Translations under genes and position numbers: made by a program
Part shown: in pieces, positions 21,101 through 28,282 of the stretch
How the letters are laid out: every line of letters starts with the position of its first letter
Position numbering within the stretch: the first letter of the stretch is position 1
Notes under the pieces: generated by a model
Databases searched by the model: none
Told to the model about the DNA's origin: nothing
The model's input: the letters and a program-made list of their open reading frames with translations, nothing else
Assembly (NCBI GenBank): GCA_963981035.1
Contig: CAXCCF010000004.1
Span: 1,891 to 65,890, forward strand
Source of the DNA: an uncultured euryarchaeote
GTDB taxonomy: Archaea; Thermoplasmatota; Poseidoniia; Poseidoniales; Poseidoniaceae
Direction: 5' to 3'
DNA: 64,000 nt

Positions 21101-24100
21101 TATATCCTGATGAATCGTATGTTGAACTTGAACCTAATCCATTTTCAATTACATATGTATCGGTGAAATCTGGAAGATTGAGTTGAGGCATTGCCTTTCT
21201 ATGACGTAATTCCATTGAAGCAGACTCTGAATTAATGGAGAAGGTTGCGATATCTGGGAGGAGGAAATTGTAAGTTTGGGACCAATTTCCAAGTTGATTT
21301 GTTGTGGAAATTGCTCTTACTCTCCAATACCAAGTGGTACCATTGTCCAAATTACTTGCTGGAGTATAGGTTAGATTTGTTGTATCGAAACCAGAATCCA
21401 ACCATGATGTTGTCATGACCAAATCAGGAGTGCTGAATGATGTAGATTTGTCCATTTGAACTGCCCAGCCGCCGATACTCATTGCACCGTTAAATGACCA
21501 ACCTAATTCAGGACGATGAATTGGTGCTGTTTCAATATCATCGGTAACTGACCAAGAACCATTTAATGGAGTTGTAAGAACTGGGTCATTCGGAATGGCA
21601 TCAGAACCAGGAACATAAACAAAGGAAAGTTGCGGCCTGTAGGTCTCTGTATTGGTGGAACCTGGATATATCATGATATCTCTGTCGCTTCCAGTTCCAA
21701 CACCTGTTACGCCAATTAGGAAATCAACTGCTCTATCTTCACGCATAGCATTTTGAACGCCTAATGTGACATTCCAATCAATAATATCGCCTGCTGAATA
21801 AGAACTACCAATCGTTAATGAATCAATTAGAGAGCCTCTTTCCCACCCTTTTGCACCTGCTGAACCCCAATTGTTGACTCCATCGTATGTTGCCCAAGTT
21901 GCACCAGAGGCTGTCCAATTATGCTGCCTACTTTCCCAAACAGCAACGTTTGGCGAGCCACTTGGATAATCTGCCAACTTTACAGTTAAATGTGCAGATT
22001 CTACTGCATATCCACTTGGTAACAAATTAGCAACTAGATCACAATTAAACAGAACACTTGTCTCACTAGGCCAAGTGTTGTAGGAAATCTGCATCTCTGT
22101 TTCACCATCATAGTTAGTAGTTGATGAACCACTGTCAATGTAAGTATCGTCACATTCTGGGTAAAGACCATCTGTCGTTCCGTTTCCATCTCTGAGTCTA
22201 AACTCGTATCTGTCATCACCTAACCAAGTACTTGACAATCCACTTACAAGGAAATTGGATGTAACCCATTGACCCCGTAATCCGTCATTATCTACATGTG
22301 ACATTCTCCAGAAATACATATTTCCGGTGTTTAATTCATCATCTCCGGTCAAGTTGAATACTCCTTGCATTGAGGTGAAATTTGAATCAGTTCTTGTATC
22401 CAAGAGATTTACTCTCTCACGGAAAAATTGGTCGGTTGCAATTTCGTAAATTACATCATATGAAGAGGCTCCTGACCATGTTAGTGAGGGAGTAGAATTC
22501 CCTGAGAGATTGTGTCCAACTTTATCCCAAACAGCTTTGCCTTGATCAGGTCCGGTTAATGTAGGAGTGCCAATTGAAGTGTTGGAACTCCAACTATAAG
22601 TAAATTCAAATCGAGGAGTTAAAGCATTATTAGTACTCTCTGAAGAATAGAAATTGATTCCTTGTAATCCACTAGAGGAGTATGCTCCTGTATCACTTCT
22701 ACCTATCAACATGAAATCCTTAGAGCCCGATGCACCATCTCTAATCCATCCTTGTATTGCACTAGCAATATCAAAGGATGTATCTGTCAAAGAGGATGTA
22801 CCTGCCATGGTATCGCTAGCTACTGAAAGCAAACCTCTTCCACCATCATCCCATAGAGTTGAAGAATCAGAACGTCTCCAAGTTGTGTCATCTTCATCCC
22901 ACACACCTTCAGTATTTACTTCATGAATAGATAATTCAGGTGAACCTGTAGTTGAAAATCGAGACAAATTGAGGTTTGCACTTTGAATTGTAGCATTGTT
23001 ATGTAATCCAAGTTGGTCCAAGTTTAACCTCATATGAACCAATGATTCTTTGTTAGTTGACATCATTACTTCCATTTTGTCATTAGAACCGAATTTAGTA
23101 TTGATTGAACGCTGGTCAACTTGTGCATCCTCGATAAAGTCATCATTCAAACCCATGTCGTCTGCATCTACAGTAATCGTTGCTGTACCATCGCCATTAT
23201 CGGTAACTGAAAGTGCTGGTAGCAAGAAATAACTTTCATTCCAATCGCTAAGAGTATCCGTAGAATCCATTGATCTAATACGATAGTAAACCACTGAACC
23301 ATTAGAAATTTCATCCCCATTCGGAATAGAAAATGTTCCAGAACCACTTGAAGTAGCGAATGAATTAGTCATTGTACTGTAATGCCAAGGAAGGTCACTC
23401 GCTGCTTTGAATGATGGGTCTAAAGAAAGTTGGAATTCAACACCATCACCAACTAAGGAATTATATGATAGCGTAGGGTTCTTTTCAGCCATCAATAAGA
23501 AATCTCCAGTCATTAATGGTGCTCCTTCCTCTACGAAATCCGCTGCTACACTTCCTCCATTTCCTGCTGCGGAAGACGAAGTGTCCAAAATCAAAGAAGG
23601 TCTATCGGTTGTTGTTGTTGAGTCATTCATCGCACATGCGTACTCTGCCCCTTCTGATGCAATCAATAATTCAAGAGTGTTTTGATTACTAGAAGCCGCA
23701 TCTTGAGCAAGGGCGGTCACATTTATCGATAATGTCCCATTTGCAGCAGTACGGTGTGGAGGCTCCCAGTCACTGCGCTCGGTTGAACCATCTGCACCTG
23801 GTGAATTCCACATGACATTTGTTGCTGAATTAAGCCATGTGACCTCAGTTGAGTTCCATGAAGAAATTAACCCTGCTGAATATACTGCGATATCTTTGGA
23901 ACCAACTGCATCACTCCAGCACTTCAGATTCAAAGTCGCTGAATGGATTGTATCAGTAGAACCAAAACTCATATTGAAACTGAATAATAGTCGTGCTGGA
24001 GAGGTTAATCCTCCTTCAAGTGTTCCATTTTGCGCCTGCTCAAAATTATCATTAGGATAAAAGGAATCAATGTAAGTATCTGCAGAAGGCGATACATTAG

Positions 24101-24242
24101 AAATTACTCGATTGATTGTAGGAGTGTTTTCCAATTCTTTCCACTCAGGGATTGCACTTGGCAATGCCAAATCTGCAAATAAAAACATTAGAATCAGTAT
24201 TACGGCTACAGAAGTTTGTGGTTTTTTGTTATCGCGTAGCAT
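15138..24242 (-). CDS. Giant surface protein (3,034 aa from ATG): 7 tandem super-repeats (DNRLRE/CBM-like + FN3-like), about 700 aa of Ig-like domains, TM anchor, acidic/Trp-rich cytoplasmic tail
   Basis: Signal/anchor SVAVILILMFLFADLALP. Seven modules of type DTY(I/V)DS...N(F/Y)G...L.F.L...I.SA.L.L.....W.E..(T/S)W...RP.L.(F/L).Y at a ~325-aa period. C-terminal ITVTPGSPTTLDV...VVDQFGN Ig-like repeats. TM GAFLAAAIAIVLLFVL. Track start 24260 is GTG; ATG at 24242 has GAGGTGA upstream. Confidence 0.8.
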   Translation of the reverse strand: MLRDNKKPQTSVAVILILMFLFADLALPSAIPEWKELENTPTINRVISNVSPSADTYIDSFYPNDNFEQAQNGTLEGGLTSPARLLFSFNMSFGSTDTIHSATLNLKCWSDAVGSKDIAVYSAGLISSWNSTEVTWLNSATNVMWNSPGADGSTERSDWEPPHRTAANGTLSINVTALAQDAASSNQNTLELLIASEGAEYACAMNDSTTTTDRPSLILDTSSSAAGNGGSVAADFVEEGAPLMTGDFLLMAEKNPTLSYNSLVGDGVEFQLSLDPSFKAASDLPWHYSTMTNSFATSSGSGTFSIPNGDEISNGSVVYYRIRSMDSTDTLSDWNESYFLLPALSVTDNGDGTATITVDADDMGLNDDFIEDAQVDQRSINTKFGSNDKMEVMMSTNKESLVHMRLNLDQLGLHNNATIQSANLNLSRFSTTGSPELSIHEVNTEGVWDEDDTTWRRSDSSTLWDDGGRGLLSVASDTMAGTSSLTDTSFDIASAIQGWIRDGASGSKDFMLIGRSDTGAYSSSGLQGINFYSSESTNNALTPRFEFTYSWSSNTSIGTPTLTGPDQGKAVWDKVGHNLSGNSTPSLTWSGASSYDVIYEIATDQFFRERVNLLDTRTDSNFTSMQGVFNLTGDDELNTGNMYFWRMSHVDNDGLRGQWVTSNFLVSGLSSTWLGDDRYEFRLRDGNGTTDGLYPECDDTYIDSGSSTTNYDGETEMQISYNTWPSETSVLFNCDLVANLLPSGYAVESAHLTVKLADYPSGSPNVAVWESRQHNWTASGATWATYDGVNNWGSAGAKGWERGSLIDSLTIGSSYSAGDIIDWNVTLGVQNAMREDRAVDFLIGVTGVGTGSDRDIMIYPGSTNTETYRPQLSFVYVPGSDAIPNDPVLTTPLNGSWSVTDDIETAPIHRPELGWSFNGAMSIGGWAVQMDKSTSFSTPDLVMTTSWLDSGFDTTNLTYTPASNLDNGTTWYWRVRAISTTNQLGNWSQTYNFLLPDIATFSINSESASMELRHRKAMPQLNLPDFTDTYVIENGLGSSSTYDSSGYINVGEMPNGYQSAGLIKIPLNQLPTPSNARITNADLNLYSIFGSAIDEPIAIRPVLQNWNSDANDTTYDGVNNWSALGGRHIGTDIGNNVDIQDSVSADWMTWDVTEAIQAAQAAGSSELSLMIYTSGTVTQDLVQFISTDSTSSDKPWLNLTWSNGSATIPTVAGSNVGPSHNGITWNLTSHAPIPEYKPILSWTHANAANIDDWRLFIMADANEEMEGLTTYDSRTQPQLFDLTNLTFTPGMDIDHTREVRWMVQPVVDEMLGPRSASTVFHIPEEMGGEVDSTTAWVTIQEGAYVDPLSYPTVTEDVYVDSGNRFTNFGNSTTMYVGRSPLSSTHYANSLISFDLGVIPLPSVYEVQNATLEMSVVSSMGSGSVFTSVSVMNTNWNESSTWNSPSNSTNWLVQGAHHSGDSDLPFTEGQWINSSGGTVVWNLTAAIQAAIYNGQSSISLVIQGESFGTNTMGVYALHSSEASMISQRPRINFTYVEQAPWIPSAATGLLPADGTTLWNTSTPRPSGLTEFDANWTEHQNNETSWIACHSDSPRMVYSECIDMLELPAHNLTFNSTTNTMSVTNNSDNDEWTYWRVRAYQDNRVGEWSDVHSFRTPGNIGYDDGDGNHTVILSRGSIFSESGLVPIVPDVELESTVTSNQGASTVLDLGTTSSGTGESQILLEFYLGDIPWPAAMTPTSMVLKLWRQQVVGSTSTTVSAHACSSFSESTATWSNAPTCSTSELTRTTLTLMPPNGWHEFDLTSLAQSNIANGNTTMTILLKVVGTPSTTHRFFSSDYTANESRRPQLVLDYVDNTAGIVPPGQPSLVFPLDGSVLYDDSEVVLQSQTSPTLSWNPVTGASGYIVTIANATGVYKYKSWESTYINGTTFRFNNILDAGDVFSWWVQGVNQTIPGPSSARWSFAIGDPSHTDNQDLTFTYDFQTGNEVLQFGHTNIRDSTLSEANPEINNGDVDYLSLGTGCDSVTNAKCRVIIGLDNSQIPFAPFQNIHSASLGFYIYSMSASGGASTLDISVHRMLSSSWSQSASSWNQSTPGTNWSTPGLQAGVEYDATAISTMTLPSTATGWFWLDIGVNGMLIDNDNQWVLIATPNAGDLTIDMYSSEYSTPSYRPKIQLNTTNVSSVAISPTAPTTDADTTFSFSHQAYNHQALQLIAPVTWSSSDGSIDSFGLFTPRNAGTHTITACFGLICSSESITVTPGSPTTLDVTPLTGQITSDESLEITASVVDQFGNIVAGELITYSASNGTMGGVNGNIFYPFASGAQTVTVTWGTQSVDVQIAVDTGAPSHFELTGCEGVVPAGEWCDITHTLFDQYGNVLNSTEAGLLSWTTNNGNYSEINEQYFPDHLGTWTLTLTSVSGASAEINITVGHGEMQSLELATSSTSITADERVYINTTRIDVRGNRMTVVLPIENWTKIADGQLSAGAPAVWDPVTRGAKILEARYEFITAEVTITVSEGEINTLVLIVDSEDSSWQMMPLTADDTLAVKVKAIDAKGNRWTVTANWSISHALWNDQGVLEQIESDQTTFVPYHASTTPYTITATYDDGNMVHEISINATVSHGELTNIVLSSISSEDDTGLAAYDLTADDWIDFAADLSDEDQNPIDSSILKWILTDESNGEETDITNDIQTIGRWQAEKVGNYSIRAFNISESGYPIGDTVSIIVHHGQAVSLHASEDANTATAGYQITIAITGTDSDGNTFPQNVEWQENDAVAHDINSTTDEGIYTYQARIEGPHLLTFSSSLTVSNEIELAVSAKRIVAHLKVELSLEEVEQLGEFMVNVTAYDEYWNKIPVPSSTLVDSTGRAQVLSQGDGVWRIITLDEGTQTITVNSGQVNEERTFTVTGTLQGFFEAGGILYYIGAFLAAAIAIVLLFVLKMVLSGNDDEWDEDEDEDDDDDDEPITERRKPTRGGGAGPTGPAGPAPTPKPVPEIEPEETDFTKDESYRVDDEGTEWWEDDSGTWWYRLPGEDDWEEWTD
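15373..15423 (-). repeat. Imperfect (GAT/GAG/GAC)n trinucleotide tract
   Basis: Encodes NDDEWDEDEDEDDDDDDE directly after the TM helix of the 3,034-aa protein. Low-complexity coding repeat. Confidence 0.8.
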
Positions 24243-24256
24243 GGGACTCGTCCCTC

Positions 24257-24263
24257 TCACCTC
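24257..24263 (-). promoter_or_regulatory. Shine-Dalgarno-like GAGGTGA upstream of the 3,034-aa gene
   Basis: GAGGTGA lies about 14 nt upstream of ATG 24242. The same heptamer precedes the 4,520-aa gene. Confidence 0.35.
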
Positions 24264-24441
24264 GTCCCCGTTATACTGTCTTTTCCCTAAATCAAGATGA
24301 AATTAGGGCTCAAAACGAAATATTCTCCCTACGGGAGAGGTCCCACTGACAAAATTAACTGCCCAAATTGAAATTATGATTCTCAATTCCATGTCTTACT
24401 CAGGCCAATGTTGAAGGAGGCTCGCCACAGAGAGGTCACCT

Positions 24442-25407
24442 ATGAGCGACTTATGGGTTGAGAAACACCGTCCGCAATCAGTTCAAGAAATTCGCGGCCA
24501 ATTGCCCGTAGTGCAACGATTGACAATCTATTCTGAGAATAAAGAGTTTCCACACTTACTTTTTGCAGGCCCACCAGGAACTGGAAAGACAACTGCCGCT
24601 ATGGCGTTGACCAAAGATGTGTTTGGTGAAGATTACAGACAAAATCTATTGGAAATGAATGCTTCTGATGAAAGAAAATTGGAGAGCATTAGAACCAAAG
24701 TAAAGCAATTTGCAAGAACTGCTCCATATGGAAAAGCAAATTTCAAAATAATTTTTCTTGATGAGGCCGATGCTTTAACCAACGATGCACAGGGTGCACT
24801 GCGCCGAATAATGGAGCAGTATGCTCAAACATGTAGATTTATTTTATCATGTAATTATTCTTCAAAAATCATTGAACCGATACAATCTAGATGTGCTGTT
24901 TTTAGATTCCGACCTCTAGCTGATTCTGCTGTGAAAAATCAAGTAATACATGTTGCAAAAGAAGAGAAAGTAAATCTCACCGATGATGCTGCTGAAGCAT
25001 TGACACGTATCAGTCAGGGCGATCTGCGAAAAGCAATTACTGCCCTGCAGGTTGCTGCTGCTTTGGACAACGATGTTACAAGAGAATTGATTTACGAAAC
25101 ATCGGCCACCGCCCCCCCTGAAGCATTGCATCAATATTTGATGGCATGTCGTGATGATGGATTTCATGCAGCAAGGAGAAGACTGAAGGAATTACTGGAT
25201 AAATATGGCTTAGCTGGAACTGATTTTGTCAACCAATTGCATCGTGAATTATATGCTGCTGATTTCTTAACCGAAGCAGCCAAATTAGATTTAACTGAAT
25301 GGATGGCTGAAGTTGATTACAGATTGGTTGAAGGTGGAGGGGAACATATCCAACTCGACGCCCTAACCGCAAGGTTTGTCACACATTTGAAGAATGAACA
25401 AGTATGA
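24442..25407 (+). CDS. rfcS: Replication factor C small subunit
   Basis: WVEKHRP, Walker A GPPGTGKTT, Walker B FLDEADALT, SRC motif QSRCAVFRF. 321 aa, no intein. Confidence 0.95.
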   Translation: MSDLWVEKHRPQSVQEIRGQLPVVQRLTIYSENKEFPHLLFAGPPGTGKTTAAMALTKDVFGEDYRQNLLEMNASDERKLESIRTKVKQFARTAPYGKANFKIIFLDEADALTNDAQGALRRIMEQYAQTCRFILSCNYSSKIIEPIQSRCAVFRFRPLADSAVKNQVIHVAKEEKVNLTDDAAEALTRISQGDLRKAITALQVAAALDNDVTRELIYETSATAPPEALHQYLMACRDDGFHAARRRLKELLDKYGLAGTDFVNQLHRELYAADFLTEAAKLDLTEWMAEVDYRLVEGGGEHIQLDALTARFVTHLKNEQV

Positions 25408-25647
25408 TTTTCACTTTCACATCTCTCCTTGGGGGTGTTGGAAAGTGACTGGTATCAAACCCTCTCAGTAAGGATGTATGACAATAACACAACACCTGCT
25501 AGATGCTGCATGTTGGACGCCATTTGCTCCACTAATTCGTAATTACCGAGTTTCAAAATTGATACGAACAACCAATGAAAAAAGAGATATTAGAAAGATT
25601 TCAGTACTGTTGACCACAATAATGGCGGCTCATTCAGATTTACTATC

Positions 25648-26553
25648 TTAATTTTGTACAATTTCCTTTACGACAATTAAGTCCCAGTTGTATGTCCTGT
25701 GGTTTACCCAAGGGTCACCTTGCTCTGTTATTTTTACTGTGATTGAATGTTTTCCTTCAGGGAGATCTTCTCCCAAATGAATTGCAAAACGCTGGTCCTT
25801 ATCCCCGTGCGGGAAAAAGTCAGGAATCGTTTTATTTGTCGTTGTAGTAGAATTAGCTAATCTTTGCTCATTAATATCCCAGAATGTATTATCAGCAGAT
25901 AGTTCTCTGCTCCCGTTATTATTGGATAATGTAACAAGGACTTCTGCTCCATCGGAATTCACATTGTCTGCCAGACCAAATAATAACCAAACTTGACCTG
26001 TCAATTTTCCGTTGGAATCAACCGTCCATGTGATGGTGCTTTTCTTAGTTCCGTCATCGATTAGTAACTCTACACCATCATCTGTTACAATTGACCATTC
26101 ATTGGATAATTGTGGCGCAACAATATCTCCAAGAGGAGGATTTACCAGCAAAAATGACATTGCTAAAAAAGTAAATGTGTGCAGAAATCCTGCTTTTACC
26201 CAAGAACCTTTAGTATAATGCTCAACGTATTTTTCTGGCAAAATTGTACGATGGACTTGTGGAATTAATATCATTGCTGTGAGCGGTAGAAGATACAAAA
26301 TATCGGTTTTTTCCGGAGATGTATTTCCCATCAATACATAACGCATTAGCAGTGAAACAATTACAGAAAAGGTGATTACCAGCCACATTGAGACGGTATC
26401 TGCCTTTTCTTTCTCCGCATACTTTGCAGGGTCAAATGGTTCCAAACCAAGATCTGCTCCACTGCGGCGGATTTTCTTTTCTTTTTCTTCACCTTCTACA
26501 CGCTTTCTGCGTTCTGTTGCAGCCGCAGCCATCGCAGTGTTTAGGTCCACCAT
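25648..26553 (-). CDS. Hypothetical membrane protein with basic cytoplasmic N-terminus, about 3 TM helices and an extracellular beta-rich C-terminal domain
   Basis: ORF open to ATG 26622, but that start is only 31 nt from the divergent tRNA gene. ATG 26553 (MVDLNTAMAAAATERRKR...) has a CTTTATT TATA-like element about 30 nt upstream. The start is uncertain. Confidence 0.5.
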   Translation of the reverse strand: MVDLNTAMAAAATERRKRVEGEEKEKKIRRSGADLGLEPFDPAKYAEKEKADTVSMWLVITFSVIVSLLMRYVLMGNTSPEKTDILYLLPLTAMILIPQVHRTILPEKYVEHYTKGSWVKAGFLHTFTFLAMSFLLVNPPLGDIVAPQLSNEWSIVTDDGVELLIDDGTKKSTITWTVDSNGKLTGQVWLLFGLADNVNSDGAEVLVTLSNNNGSRELSADNTFWDINEQRLANSTTTTNKTIPDFFPHGDKDQRFAIHLGEDLPEGKHSITVKITEQGDPWVNHRTYNWDLIVVKEIVQN

Positions 26554-26652
26554 ATCTCTTGCCAAAAGTCGGCAGTGAATAAAGGCTACAATGGACGACT
26601 CATCTAAGTTTAGCCGTATCATTCAAAGGGGGAGTGCTTCACGACGGGTTAA

Positions 26653-26782
26653 GCCGGGGTGGCGTAGTTGGTGGCGCGTCGGACTCATAGGGCAGCCATC
26701 AAGGCGATCGTATGACGTGCAAGCCCCTTGTGGTGTCTGAGACATCCGAAGGTCGCGGGTTCAAGCCCCGCTCCCGGCACCA
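26653..26782 (+). tRNA. tRNA-Met (anticodon CAU), elongator-type, with a 54-nt intron at canonical position 37/38 (26690-26743); an agmatidine-type tRNA-Ile2 cannot be excluded
   Basis: Hand-folded cloverleaf. Acceptor GCCGGGG/TCCCGGC (one G-U), D stem GCGT/GCGC, anticodon stem TCGGA/TCCGA, loop CTCATA|intron|A, T arm GCGGG-TTCAAGC-CCCGC, discriminator A, CCA encoded. G1-C72 argues against an initiator. Confidence 0.9.
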
Positions 26783-26886
26783 AACATTAGTTGCTCTATT
26801 TGGCATTGCATAGTGCGATAAAAATCCACCATTGACAAGTGTTAGATTCCGATGTCTTGATGTGCCTTCACTTGATGGAGGTAATC

Positions 26887-28245
26887 ATGGTTGATGTGCC
26901 TGACGATGGTAGTCGCGTCCTCATTGAGGTGGAAAGTCATAATGGCTCTACTAAGATTGAGGGATTCGTGATACCGGCAGCAGCCGCAGGACACATTACA
27001 ATAAAATTAGTAAATGGATATAATGCAAGTTATGCTATTGATTCAATTACCAGTTTAGAAATTGTCGAAAATACCATTGAAAAAGCATCAACTGAACAGT
27101 CACCTGCTACAAAATTCAATGAATCTTTACCAACTGTTAGAATCCTACATACAGGCGGAACTATCGCGAGTAAAGTCGATTATAAAACTGGTGCAGTTGT
27201 CGCACGTTTTGAGCCTGAAGAACTGATTTCATCAATACCAGAATTGACCGATATTGCGAATGTTGAAGCGGTAAAATTAGGTAATATGTTTTCAGATGAT
27301 ATGCGACCTCAACATTGGAATAAAATCATAGATGCATCAAAACAAGCTTTTGAAGATGGTGTTGATGGAATCGTTGTCACTCATGGCACCGATACTATGC
27401 ATTACACCGCTGCTGCTCTTTCATTTTCATGGGCTGGCTCAGGTGGAAAAAGCCCAAGACCTATTGCAATCGTTGGCTCTCAACGCTCTAGTGATAGAGG
27501 TTCATCCGACGCTGCTGAAAATCTAATCGCAGCAGTACATTGGGCTGCAAATGCACCATCACCAATAGGCGGATCTGGTGACTCGGTAGTCGTGGTAATG
27601 CACACGAGTTCAAATGATGGAGAATGCTCTGTACACCCTGGAATCGGTGTGAGAAAAATGCATTCTACCCGCCGTGATGCATTCAGGGGAATTAATACTC
27701 AACCTCTTGCGACAATTAGTGCTAACAATGGTAAGCCATCTATCCAATTAAGTGAAACCTATTCTGCTGAATTGGAATTACCAATAACAAGAGAAGTAAC
27801 TACTACTCCTGACAAGTATGAAACGGAAATACGCATTCCACAATTTATTGCTGGCCCTTGGTTAGTATCAGAACATATTGATGCCATCATGAATATTGGT
27901 TGCCAGGCTATTGTGATACATGGAACTGGATTGGGGCACCTACCAATTGATGACCCAGAAGGTGATGCTCCCGAAAACACATTGGTTTGGAGAAGTCTAA
28001 CAAGAGCAATAAACAGAGAAGTTCCTGTAGTTATTGTCAATCAGTGCATTAGCGGCCCAATCGATATGAACGTATACTCAAAGGGTAGAAAACAAATGCA
28101 AATGGGCATTTTGGGACATGGAATTATCGCACCACCTGAAACGGTTGTTGCAAAGTTACATTGGGCTCTTTCTAAAGGAGAAGAGATCAGTTCAATTATC
28201 GCTGCTGATTTGTGCGGCGAGGGTCGAGCAACTCTAATGGAATGA
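26887..28245 (+). CDS. gatD: Glutamyl-tRNA(Gln) amidotransferase subunit D
   Basis: Asparaginase-like motifs HTGGTIAS and VTHGTDTM after a GatD-type N-terminal beta domain. Track start 26839 is GTG; ATG 26887 has GGAGG about 8 nt upstream. Confidence 0.85.
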   Translation: MVDVPDDGSRVLIEVESHNGSTKIEGFVIPAAAAGHITIKLVNGYNASYAIDSITSLEIVENTIEKASTEQSPATKFNESLPTVRILHTGGTIASKVDYKTGAVVARFEPEELISSIPELTDIANVEAVKLGNMFSDDMRPQHWNKIIDASKQAFEDGVDGIVVTHGTDTMHYTAAALSFSWAGSGGKSPRPIAIVGSQRSSDRGSSDAAENLIAAVHWAANAPSPIGGSGDSVVVVMHTSSNDGECSVHPGIGVRKMHSTRRDAFRGINTQPLATISANNGKPSIQLSETYSAELELPITREVTTTPDKYETEIRIPQFIAGPWLVSEHIDAIMNIGCQAIVIHGTGLGHLPIDDPEGDAPENTLVWRSLTRAINREVPVVIVNQCISGPIDMNVYSKGRKQMQMGILGHGIIAPPETVVAKLHWALSKGEEISSIIAADLCGEGRATLME

Positions 28246-28282
28246 GCGCACTAATCAAGAACTGGCAAGGGATGGGACAAAT

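Noticed and set aside
24285-24338. Two short hairpins (CCCTAA...TTAGGG and TCTCCC-TAC-GGGAGA) in the divergent promoter region between the 3,034-aa gene and rfcS.
   Set aside because: The stems are only 6 bp, which is expected by chance. No repeat of these sequences occurs elsewhere in the window.
24442-25407. A check for inteins or insertions in the replication genes rfcS and the PolD small subunit (40737-42374).
   Set aside because: Both have normal lengths with contiguous motifs. No intein blocks are present.
25478-25651. A 57-codon plus-strand ORF (MTITQHLLDAACWTPFAPLIRNYRVSKL...) in the 240-nt convergent gap between rfcS and the membrane protein gene. This is the only sizeable unexplained gap besides the promoter spacers.
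   Set aside because: It is below the ORF-track threshold, has only a weak AGGA upstream and has no recognisable motif. It overlaps the opposing stop codon. It cannot be supported without conservation or expression data.
26690-26743. A possible box C/D guide RNA inside the tRNA-Met intron (ATGACG at 26712-17 as a C-like box, CTGA at 26737-40 as the D box).
   Set aside because: The C-like box is a poor match to RUGAUGA. The CTGA is already used in the central BHB helix. I also found no complementarity of the putative guide to the tRNA. The evidence is insufficient.
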